From the human T2T-CHM13v2.0 reference genome, Homo sapiens, in assembly GCF_009914755.1 (NCBI RefSeq), contig NC_060932.1: DNA of 64,000 nucleotides; one strand, given 5' to 3'. The notes beneath the pieces are model-generated. The model was given only the letters and a program-made list of their open reading frames with translations, did not search any database and was not told the origin of the DNA. Made by a program: the position numbers and the translations under genes. Shown piece after piece: positions 1 through 13,580 of this stretch (the stretch's first letter is position 1; every line of letters begins with the position of its first letter).

Positions 1-173
1 GCCTCAAGTGAGCTGTCCACCTCAGCCTCCCAAAGTGCTGGGATTACAGGCGTGAGTCCCCGCACCTGGCTTCCATTTGTATATCTTAACCCAATACTTT
101 CCATTGCATTTACAGTAAAACCTGATAATCTTATATTAAATATGTCTCATAAAATATGATTTTATTCTTTTAG

Positions 174-235
174 GAAAAATATTCTAAAAGACCAACTAAA
201 AAGAAAACTCCAAGGGATTACGCGGAATGGGATAA
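174..235 (+). CDS. SPAG1: SPAG1 exon 5 (EKYSKRPTKKKTPRDYAEWDK), 62 nt
   Basis: ttttag acceptor, AA/gtatgt donor; in frame with the next exon. Confidence 0.93.
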
Positions 236-754
236 GTATGTTTTACATGTCTTTATATAAAATGTATCACTAAAAAAGTTATCTACCACAAAATACTGCA
301 ATAATTTCTTAAATAATTATTATAAACCTTAACATGTCAAGAATACCAAATTACTTCAATAGAGTACTGAGAATATCTGGCCTCAGCACTTTTGATGTTT
401 TTTTCAGTACATAAAAAACTTCTACATCCTATTTTTTTATAAAGTCAGCCAAAAAAACTAATGTATTTTTTATACCCATCCAAACTAAAAAGGAACAAAA
501 ATTTAAAATTGAGATAAGTTAGTCAAAATTTTAATTTCAAAGTTCTGACCAGTTTAGATTTGATTAACGTTTAAGTTCTCACTAAATTGTATGTTTTCTT
601 AAGAAGGAACTCAGATGACTTGAACTATTAACTTACTACATATTTTTGAATATGTATCCAAAGGCATACTTGTACAAATATAAGAATATCAATGATAAAT
701 TTATTTTCTTGCCTGTATTGTACTTTTTTGGTTTTTATTGTTCTTTCATTTAAG

Positions 755-861
755 ATTTGACGTGGAGAAGGAATGTTTAAAAATTGATGAAGATTACAAA
801 GAAAAGACGGTAATAGACAAGTCACACTTGTCTAAAATTGAGACAAGAATAGATACAGCAG
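755..861 (+). CDS. SPAG1: SPAG1 exon 6 (FDVEKECLKIDE...RIDTA), 107 nt
   Basis: tttaag acceptor, CAG/gtaatt donor. Confidence 0.93.
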
Positions 862-1426
862 GTAATTGGAGAAAAAATAATAATTTAGTAGTCTTTAAAG
901 TTTTTCAATTATAATAAAAAGTGTCAATCTAGAAGACATTGTCTTTGAGTACTGCACAGATTACCATGAAAAGTTTATGGATTTTCTCTTACAGTTGACC
1001 ACTCAACAAATTCACTTCTCTCTTTTACCCACTTAATTTTTAAATGTAGTAAGGCTTTAAAATATAAACCTATTTTTCTTACTGTAATTCATTTGTTTTT
1101 AATTCCTTTTTTCCAATCCTCTTTTTCCTCCAAATTCCTAAAATTGTTTTCTTTTTGCTTCAAAACAAAAAGATGGGGCAGTTTATTGGACTAGCACCTA
1201 TAAAGTGAAACGAAATCAATCATTAAAAAAATTCTGAATCCTCAAAACTTGTGAATGATTTAAAAAGAAAACATCCCTAAGCTTGGGGAACCTTTTATTT
1301 TCTTTTGTTTATTTTATGATCTTTCTGCTTTCTTCTGCTTCTGTTAAAATAAGCATTCTTAGATTTAAACTTGAAAAATTCTGTTAAATTATACATTTAC
1401 ATATAGCAGATAACATTTATTTCTAG

Positions 1427-1532
1427 GTCTAACTGAGAAAGAAAAGGATTTTCTTGCCACTCGTGAAAAGGAGAAAGGAAATGAAGCTTTCAACTCAGGA
1501 GATTATGAAGAAGCAGTGATGTATTATACCAG
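1427..1532 (+). CDS. SPAG1: SPAG1 exon 7, start of TPR domain 1 (KEKGNEAFNSGDYEEAVMYYT), 106 nt
   Basis: ttctag acceptor, CAG/gtgagc donor; carboxylate-clamp KxxGN motif. Confidence 0.95.
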
Positions 1533-1936
1533 GTGAGCAGATGTTTGTTGGGGTTTAAACTTGCCTTTTAAAAAATGATAATGTTTTAATTGTTGAAACA
1601 ATATAAATAAGCGAAAGTCTATGTCAGAATCTCTCAATGTATTGTACTTGTGATTTATCATATATTCACTTGTGTTTCTCCTATTTTTTCAATAATTTTT
1701 CTCAAACCTCTAAGCTCCCACTCCACTCCTACTTTTGACAGAAGACTTAACTTCCTATCTTGCAGAGAAAATAGAAGGCATCTGACAGGAATTCAACAGA
1801 AGGCCCATATGATATAGAAGTGAATAACTTGGGTTCCATTGTAGACTGCCTGGATTTACTTCTAGTACTTTGGTGCTCCTTCCTACCACAGGGCCTTTGC
1901 ACATGCTGGGTGCACCATCAAAAATGCTTTTCCCAT

Positions 1937-2037
1937 GGCTGGTCTGAGTACAGTGGTGTTTACAACTAATTGATCACAACCAGTTACAGATTTCCTTGTT
2001 CCTTCTCCACTCCCACTGTTTCACTTGACTAGCCTTT
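1937..2037 (+). pseudogene. Full-length Y3 RNA (RNY3) retropseudogene
   Basis: GGCTGGTCTGAGTACAGTGGTGTTTACAACTAATTGATCACAACCAG...GACTAGCCTTT, about 4 substitutions from hY3 as recalled. A-rich tail; target-site duplication (TSD) AAAAATGCT(T/C)TTCCC at 1920-1934 and 2062-2076. Confidence 0.92.
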
Positions 2038-2857
2038 AAAAGAGAAAAGGAAATTAAGAAAAAAAATGCTCTTCCCTCGTTCCATTATCTAGTTAATTCT
2101 GATTTATCCTTCAGATCTTAGTCTTCACCTTACTTCTTTGGAGAAGTCTTACTTCACCTTCCAAACTAGGTTAAATCTCCATCTCACCCCACCCACCTCA
2201 CCTCCCAATTTATAGGCTCTTATAGCAGTCTTACCTCTCCTTTGTAGCACTTGTCAGAAGTATAATTTAAGCTTGTGTGATTTGATAATAACTAGAATGT
2301 AAGATTTGTAACAGCAGAACCCATTTGTCAAGGATTTTTACACCATTGTATCCCCAAGGCCCAACAAAGTACCTGGTTCATAGTAGATGTTCAATAAATA
2401 TGTATATGAACTTCTGAAGTTCTTAACAGCCTATGAAAAGTAGACTGAGTTTTTAAAATGTTGTTACAGATAAACTGTTCTTATAGAATCACTAATGCTA
2501 CCTTAGCACTAAACTCTGTACAATCTTTTTTCCACCTTTGGAAATAAGATAGATTTTTTTCAATGTTGTTGGTGTATCTAAAGAAGTTTTCTCAGATTGT
2601 TTAAATGAAGATACGAGGTAAAGAGGATATATGATGGATCATTCATTCAGTACAGCCTCCCCTGTTCAGGCAGGTGGATGTCAGCCTTGATAACTGTTCT
2701 TTCTTTTCTTGTAGGTTTATACCAGAGATTCTCTTGTCTATTACAGGTTACAAAGCTCTTTTCTTCTTTTTTGAGGAGTCATATAGTTGAAGAATTAAAG
2801 CAGCATAGTATGATGGTTAAGGGAATTCAGACTACCACTTTCTGACCTTGGGCAGAT

Positions 2858-3170
2858 TCTTTTTTTTTTTTTTTTTTTTTTTTGAGACAGGGTCTCACTC
2901 TGTTATCCAGGCAAGAGTGCAGTGGTGTGATCATAGCTCGCTGCAGCCTCAAACTCCTGGGCTCCAGGGATCCTCCCACCTCAGCCTCCTGAGAATACTG
3001 GGACTACAGGTGTGAGTCACCATACCTGGATAATTTTCTCTTGTGTTTTTTGTAGAGACAGGCTCTCATGATGTTGCCCAGGCTGGTCTCGAACCTCTGG
3101 CCTCAAGCCATGCTGTCACCTCGGTCTCCCAAAGTGCTGACATTACAGGGGTGAGCCACCATGCCTGGCT
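2858..3170 (-). mobile_element. AluJ-type element
   Basis: Poly-T followed by antisense Alu dimer. Confidence 0.9.
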
Positions 3171-3440
3171 TCAAAAAATGTGTTTGGTATTTGATATTTG
3201 ATGTTAACTTACATCAACGGTTTTTTTTAAAGTGATCTATAGGTATTTATCTTTTTCTACCTTCATTTTTTATTCCAGTAACTAAAGCTCAGATTCCAGA
3301 TCTATCAGTATTTAAATTCCCATAATGCCTCTAAAGCCTGAGTTAACTTTAAGGCTATTAACTGGATATTTAAGCATCTGTTTAAATATTGATTTAGTAT
3401 GCTTGTAGAATTGTATTTTATTATTTTTGATAATATAGGC

Positions 3441-3823
3441 TGTATTTGTTTGCTAAGGTTGCCGTAACAAAGTACCACAGACTGAGCGGCTTAAACGAGA
3501 GAAATTTCTTTTCTCACACTTCTGGAGGCTGGAAGTTTGAGATCAAGGTGCTAGCAGGGTTGGTTTTTTCAAGGCCTCTCTCCTTGGCTTGTAGGTGGCC
3601 GTCTTCTCCCAGTGACTTCACAGTCTGTCCATACATGTATGTCCAAATATCTTCTTCTTATAAGGAAACCATTTTTATGGGATCTGGGCCCCCTCTCATG
3701 ACTTCATTTCACCTTAATTAGCTTTTTAAAGACCCTATCTCCAAATACAGTCATGTTCTGAGATACTGTGGGGTTAGGACTTCAACATACGAATGTTGGG
3801 GGATACAATTCAGCCCATAGACA
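3441..3823 (-). mobile_element. MaLR solo LTR (MLT1B-like)
   Basis: TGTATTTGTTTGCTAAGGTTGCCGTAACAAAGTACCACAGACTG...ATTCAGCCCATAGACA. Confidence 0.8.
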
Positions 3824-3919
3824 GGTTATAATTGTTTTATGTATAACTGAAGCTGAATTTCTCTACATTCTTATGTTTACCTTAGGCTTGCTTGTTGCCA
3901 GTAACTGTTTCTTTTCTAG

Positions 3920-4050
3920 GAGCATATCAGCGCTTCCCACTGTAGTTGCCTATAACAATCGAGCTCAAGCAGAAATCAAATTACAGAACTGGAATAGTGC
4001 TTTTCAGGATTGTGAAAAGGTCTTGGAGTTAGAACCTGGAAACGTAAAGG
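3920..4050 (+). CDS. SPAG1: SPAG1 exon 8, TPR1 (SISALPTVVAYNNRAQAE...EPGNVK), 131 nt
   Basis: Inside ORF 3768..4124; ttctag acceptor, G/gtaaaa donor. Confidence 0.95.
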
Positions 4051-4348
4051 GTAAAAAATATTATAGAATTCTTTTACATTTACAGCAGGATCCATTAATA
4101 AAGACCATTTGTAGATACTTGTAATGTTTACATTAAAAATATTTCAGATAAACTCAAATTTCTGTATGTGAATCACCAACTTCATAAAGTTGCTTTTAAA
4201 TTGAACTTGTAAGTTAAGCTCCTGATTATTTGTACTGAAGTAGCTAATAATCCCAGAGGATTTAATAAAATACATATATATTTTAAAGAAGTATCTCAAT
4301 AAACAAAAAACCAACAACAACAAAAATAAAATAAAAGAGAAGTATCTT

Positions 4349-5254
<906 letters not shown>

Positions 5255-5849
5255 TGCTATAAATAATTTAATTTTCATTTTAAATTAATAATTTGAATAA
5301 CTTAATTCTAAATTAAATTTGTCCAAAACTGACTCTTTCTGCCAAAAACCTGCACTCTATTTTGATTCCCTGTCCCTCTGACTGACCACCTTGTCATGGT
5401 TCAGGCCTGAAATATGCAAATCAGACTCTATTCTCCTTTTCTGTTATCAAGAAGGAGTCATTCCAAGAGGGAGTGACATACATTATAATAGACACATTAT
5501 ATTTCTTTAAATTTTTATGGATTCAAATAAATATAAACACTTTTTTCACATGGAATGTATCCCTTTTTGCCTATAAACATGGTGGAGGTGGCAGAAGCCA
5601 TGGGAGTGCTAAGGGGAAGCCTGGTGCATCACCTGCCACTGTCATTGCCATGGATTGCCCTCCATTTACCAATAAAGTCCTGTTGGGCCTGTGTTTTACG
5701 CAAGCTGGTCTCTGTCACAGAGTATGGCTGGGCTCCCAGCTTTAGGCAGCAGCCCACTGAAGGTTTTGCCAACCCCATACCACTGCTCTGCCAGGCCCCG
5801 TGCCAAGCACTTTACATGTATTAACTCTGTTAATTTTAACAAAACTCTC

Positions 5850-6519
<670 letters not shown>

Positions 6520-6829
6520 TCATTGTACTATCTCTGCAACTTTTCTGTAAATCTCCAATGATTCCAAAATAAAAAGTTTTAAAAAAGGATAATCATTATG
6601 TCATGAATATTTCTTCATAGAAATTCCCTTCAGAAATCTGTGTAGCAATAGCAATAGCTAAATTATATTTAAAGTGCAGTGCTACAATTTTAATTAAATT
6701 TATAACAAAATGATTTCTCATTTAGATTTTCATAGCTCATTCTAACACTAAAATTCAAATTGGTCAAATTTATAATTATGTTTTAAAATAGCATATTAAA
6801 ATATGTCAGATAAAATTTCTAACTTTTCA

Positions 6830-7770
<941 letters not shown>

Positions 7771-8190
7771 AATATACTAAATTTTGATAAGGGATTTTAT
7801 GTTTTCAAAAAGTGGCTAAATAATACTCGCCATAATTATAAAAAGGAAAGGATTATTATCAGTGAAAATCATTCCGATATTGCAATACAATGTGTTGCCT
7901 GTGAAGGGTTGAGGTATGAAATCTCTTAGTTCTTGGAAAAGCTGGCGGGGCCTGGGGCTGCCAGAGGGCCAGAGGGTTGTTATAGAGGGGACAGCTGGCT
8001 GATGTAGCCTCTTTTATGTACCTCAGTGTCATCTCCTATGTGTGTATCAACATGAAAAAGGGTGTAGTTGAGCTTTGGGTAATTACATCCTAAAGTATTC
8101 TGTGCTGCTCATATCTTCCACTTGCCAAATATGTTGTAACCATAATGCCACATATTAAAAAACATAACTTTTATATTGGTAAATTTTCAG

Positions 8191-8297
8191 CTCTTCTGCG
8201 TCGTGCTACTACATATAAACATCAAAACAAGCTCCGGGAAGCTACAGAAGATTTGAGTAAAGTACTAGATGTTGAGCCTGATAATGATTTGGCCAAG
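8191..8297 (+). CDS. SPAG1: SPAG1 exon 9, TPR1 (ALLRRATTY...DNDLAK), 107 nt
   Basis: Inside ORF 8145..8393; tttcag acceptor, AAG/gtaagt donor. Confidence 0.95.
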
Positions 8298-8984
8298 GTA
8301 AGTATAGAATGTGATTTCTCACCTAATTCTGTAGTTGGCTGTTTCTGTATTTATTTTAAAGTGGTATCAATCTTGCCAAACAAATTATGTTGAAGATCAG
8401 GTCACAGCTTTAAAAGGTAGGTATATTCCAGACACCCCAAAACGTTAACATCTATTTCAAGTGGAAGAAAGCAGAATCTTAAAATTTTTTTTCAAAACTA
8501 TAAACCTTCCTCTGAAAGACAAATATCAATTTTTCTTTTTCCTATAGTGTTGTAGGCAATGTTTTTCTCTGAGCCATGTGGAGTGGTATAGAAGGTACCT
8601 TCCTAGGTAGGATTAGGGGTGAACTCTGTGGCCATTGAAGAGTGTTTCTCTTTGTAATGAGCATGGTAGCATTTGCTACCTGACTGAGCAGACTGACTCA
8701 GTTATACACTTAGGGGATCTGTATTCACGCCTAAAGAGTAGAGGTAAGTGTCAAGAACTGAGATTTTCCCCTGCTTACAAATGAACAAGGTGGCCTACCA
8801 GAGGATACAAGATATCCTGAGTCAAACACGAAAAGACTTTGTCACTCCAAGCAGATGAGCTTCACGTTCATGTCAGTTCCCCTTGCTCCCAAGTCCCACA
8901 GGGGTGACACAGAGTGGCCCAGATGGATGTTGCACACTCAATGGATTTATGTGATGGCTGACAAATCAAAAATTTAGGAAACCA

Positions 8985-11900
8985 GCTGAGTGCAGTGGCT
9001 CACGTCTGTAATCCCAGCTCTTTGGGAGGCTGAGGCAGGCAAATCACCTGAGGTCAGGAGTTCAAGACCAGCCTGGCCAACACTGCACTCCAACTGGGGC
9101 AACAGAGTGAGACTCCATCTCAAACAAACAAAAATTTAGGAAACCTGCTTCTTTTATGATGGGATATAAGCAAACCTGCCCAATCTCTGCTCCATAGGGA
9201 AGCATCACCTTTATTACACTGGAGGGCCAACACACCTGCCCTCTCCGCTGCAGATGAATACTATTTCTGTTTGCCAAGGTTGTTCTCAGTACAAACATCC
9301 TTAGAGATGTCCAGAAAGAAGGTGGTTTAGTGCCTCTGCTGGCAGTATAGTCAGAAATAAGAGAAACCCATGGAAAAATTGTTACTAAGTTTCCACATAC
9401 ACCTATTGGGTTACCTATCCCACTGTCTCTGAGTGGCAGCTAATGTTCCTAGAATATCAGCTGCTTTGTCAAGTCAACATTTTAGGTTTAGGTTTAGGGC
9501 CTGGCTTAGTATTTCCTTTTTGTAATGGTTATGTTTATTTATTTTTGAGACAGGGCCTTGCTCTGATGCCTCAGCTGTAGTGTGGTGGGAACATGGCTCA
9601 CTGCAGCCTCCACCTCCTAGGCTCAAGCAATCCTGCCATCTCAGCCTCCTGTGTAGCTGAGACCACAGGTGCACGCCACCTCCCAAAGTGCTAGGATTAC
9701 AGGCATGAGCCATTGTGCCTGGTTTCAAATGCATTTTTATCTTAACCATATGCAAAGATTAACTCAAAATGGATCATATACTTTTTGATGTAAGATATAA
9801 AATATAAAAGTTCTAGAAGAAAACATAGGAGAAAATCTTTATGACCTTAGACAAATATTTCTTATGTAAGACATGAAAAGTACAATCCATAAAAGAAAAA
9901 GTTGATATATTGGACTTCATCAAAATTTAAAACATATACTTTTCAAAGACACTATTAGAAGAATAAAAGACAAGCCACAGCTGGGCACGGTGGCTCACAC
10001 CTGTAATCCAAGCACTTCAGGAGGCTGAGGCAGGCAGATCACTTGATCCCAGGAGTTTAAGACCAGCCTGGGCAAGACAGCTGAACTTCATCTCCACAAA
10101 AAATTTAAAAAGTTAGCCAGACATGGTGGTGTGGGCCTGTAGTCCTAGCTACTCGGGAGGCAGGGGTGGGAGGATAATTTGAGCCCGGGAGGTCAAGGCT
10201 GCAGTGAGCTGTGATTGCACCACTGTACTCCAGCCGGGGCAGCAGAGGGAAACCCTGTCTCAGAAACAACAACACCACCAACAACAAAACAAAACAAACA
10301 AAAAAGCCACAGACCACAGACTGGGAGAAAATATTTGAAAATCGTATATCCAACAAAGGATGATATATCTATTTTTCATCAGAGTCAGCATAAAATATTT
10401 CAGAATTTTCAGCATTACTCTAAAACAGTAATGTGGGCTGGGTGTGGTAGCTCACGCCTGTAATCCCAGAACTTCAGGAGGCTGAGGTGAGAGGATTGCT
10501 TGATCCCACGGTTTGAGACTAGACTGGGCAACATAGTGAGACCTCATCTCTATATTTTAAATAAACAGCGTATGTAGCATGATTTCATTTGTGTAAAACT
10601 GTACATCTCTGTGGGTATATATGCATAGAAACATCTAGAAAGATGATTATCAAAATGTTAATAGTAGTATCTGAATGGCAAGATTTTAGGTGATTTTTTC
10701 TTTATTTTTTATACTTGTTACACCGCTTTTTGTGTGTGTGTGTGTTTTTTTTACAGTGGACATCTATGATTACAATCAAAGGCCACCAAAAAAAAGCCTT
10801 GTCTTAGTTGTATTCATTTTTCAACATCTTTATGTTTTTAACCTGAAAGAATGGTTATATTTATTATTAGAGGAAAATATTTTCTTTAATATGGTAATTA
10901 TGTTGCAGAAAACCTTGTCAGAGGTTGAAAGAGATCTGAAAAATTCTGAAGCTGCATCTGAGACTCAAACCAAAGGGAAAAGGATGGTTATTCAGGAAAT
11001 AGAAAACTCCGAAGATGAAGAAGGAAAAAGCGGAAGAAAACATGAAGATGGCGGTGGAGATAAGAGTAAAATATTTTTTCTATTTAGGTTATGTAAAAAG
11101 CTGCCTTTTAATATGATGAGCTGGCTCAATTTTTCTATTCGTACAGAAATTCGTAATCTATCAGTTTTTCTAGCTTTGCCTTGTAAATTCACAAGCCAGT
11201 TTCGCTCATCTTTTTCTTAATACAGCTTGGTAGAATCTCTCAAACCCATTTTCCTTCTTAACCTGTCACCTTTTTCTAGTGCTCAGTTTAATTCCTGGTC
11301 ATCACCTTTAAATGTAAATGGCTGTGTTTATTTGACACAGACCATTTGCCAGTTAACTTTAAATATCTCTCTTTGATAATTGTTTTGTATATATCTACTT
11401 GATTGCAAACAAATGTGTTGGTTTCAAAACAGGTATGGGTAGCCCCATTTATATGCCAAAAATGAACGTATTACTAGAAAATTGCTATGTGTGTTTTTCA
11501 AAAATATTTTAAATATGCAAAAGAAATAAGTATAATTTAACACTTGAAACAATATTTTAAGAGAATCTAGACTAGATAAAGGGTTATCTTCATAATATAA
11601 AACATCGAAAGTTATGTCAACTTTGAGGGGAAAGATTTGCCTCCTCACATGACAAGGGACATAAAAACTTTTCCCTCCGTCAGCTGGGCGCGGTGGCTCA
11701 CACCTATAATCCCAGCATTTTGGGAGGCCGAGGCGGGTGCATCATGAGGTCAGGAGTTCAAGACCAGCCTGGCCAACATGGTGAAACCCTGTCTCTACTC
11801 CAAATACAAAAATTAGCTGGGTGTGATGGCATGCACCTGTAACCCCAGTTACTCAGGAGGCTGAGGCAGGAGAGTGGCTTAAACCCGGGAGGCGGAGGTT

Positions 11901-11990
11901 GTGGTGAGCCAAGATGGTGCCATTGCACTCCAGCCTGGGCAATAGAGCGAGACTCCATCTCAAAAAAAAAAAAAAGAAAAAGAAAAAAAG
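8985..11990. mobile_element. Alus around exon 10: 8985-9130 (+, internally deleted), 9535-9722 (-), 9980-10305 (+), 10436-10555 (+ monomer), 11683-11990 (+)
   Basis: Alu consensus matches. Confidence 0.85.
10909..11065 (+). CDS. SPAG1: SPAG1 exon 10 (KTLSEVERD...GGGDK), 157 nt
   Basis: Inside ORF 10690..11220; ttgcag acceptor, weak AGA/gtaaaa donor. Confidence 0.93.
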
Positions 11991-12539
11991 GTTTTTCCCT
12001 CCTTCTTGAGAACACCTGAGCAACTGGCAGTGGCGGGGCAGTGGAGGGGGGAGATATTATCAATTTTGAAAATCATTCACAAGTAAAAATCAACTTGTAA
12101 GTAATTTGACAGAATATTCTAATTTTGAGAGAGATACAAAATGTTCAGTTCATTCAATTTTAAAAATAAAGAACGAGTTTTAATTTTTTTAAGTGACAAA
12201 AAATAATGCAATGTATACACTTCAGATTAAAATACAATCAGTTAAGACTGGATAAAGACAAAGGAACAGAAAGGGAGGGAGCGAGAAAGAGGAAGACAAT
12301 CAGAGAGGTGAGAAGGAAGAGAGAACATAAAAAGGATTGAAAAGGGAGAAATTAAGGTAACCAGTTTTTCAAGGATTCAGGCTTGCCTTTTAGCCAGATT
12401 GTAAATACGATCTGGCAGCAAATCTTCTTAGGGTTTATATTGAGCTTTTGCATAATTAACCATATGTCTTACAGTTAAAGGAAACCATTTTAAATCTTAT
12501 CTGAAGTGAGATGAAGTATAAACTATATTACTTCCTATT

Positions 12540-13580
12540 ATTTTAAAATTGTTATTTTAAAATTTTATATATAGTAAAAATGAACCTTTTGAATATACAG
12601 TTCTAATACATGTACGGTTTCATGTAACCATCACCATAGTCAGGATACAGAACAGTTCTACCACCCAAAAAGGCCTTCTTGCTGTCCTTTCAGTGAAACC
12701 CTTCCCTCACCCCAGCTCTTCTCTATTCCTATAGCTTTACCTTTTCCAGAATGTCCTATAAATGGAACTGGAAAGTATGTCACCTTTTGAGTCTAGCTTC
12801 CTTCACTTAGCATGTCACTGAGATTCATTCATGTAGCTGCATGTATCATTGTCTCATTCCTTTTTACTGCTGAGTAGCATTCCATTAATAGTTGTACCAA
12901 AGTTTATACATTCGGTTATTCAAGGACATTCAGGTTATTTCCAGTATTCACTAATCATGAGTAAAAACTGCTATACACACTCATTTGCAGGTTTTTGTGT
13001 AAACATATGTTTTCATTTCCCCTGAGTAAATAGCTAAGAGTGGGACTGCTGGGTCATACGGCAAGTATATGTTTAACTTTATTGGAAGTTGCCTGACTGT
13101 TTTCCAGAGTGGCTATACCATTTTGCATTGCCATTAGTAACATATGAGAGTTCTAGATGCTTCTCGTCCTTGCCAGCATTTGGTATTGATTTTTTTCCCC
13201 TTTTTACCCATTCTATTAGGTGTATAGTGGTTTCTCATCAGTTTTAATTTGCATTTTCCTGATGAGAATCTTTTTATGTGCTCATTTACCATCTCTATAT
13301 TACTTTTTGTGAAGTGTCTCTTCAAATTATTCCACCAATTTTCAAAAATTGGGTTGTTGTTTTCCTACTGTTAAGTCCTGAGAATTCTTTTTATAATCTT
13401 GATGCAAAGTCTTAAAATTTTTTTGTCTGTAGCTTTTTTCATTCTTTTAACAGTCTTTTACAGAGCAAAGGTTTTTCATTTTGTAGAAGTACAATTTATC
13501 CAGTTTTTTTAATGGACTGTGCTTTTAATGTTATATCGATGAACACTTTGCCTAAGTCAAAGTCATGAAGATTTTCTTGT
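12540..13580 (-). mobile_element. Old L1M 3' fragment
   Basis: Antisense L1M 3'UTR motifs; ORF 13134..13325 reads as degenerate ORF2 C-terminus. Confidence 0.75.

Noticed and set aside
8545-9400. GC-balanced segment that looks like an old ERV LTR
   Set aside because: Could not assign a family or boundaries with confidence, so not listed as a feature
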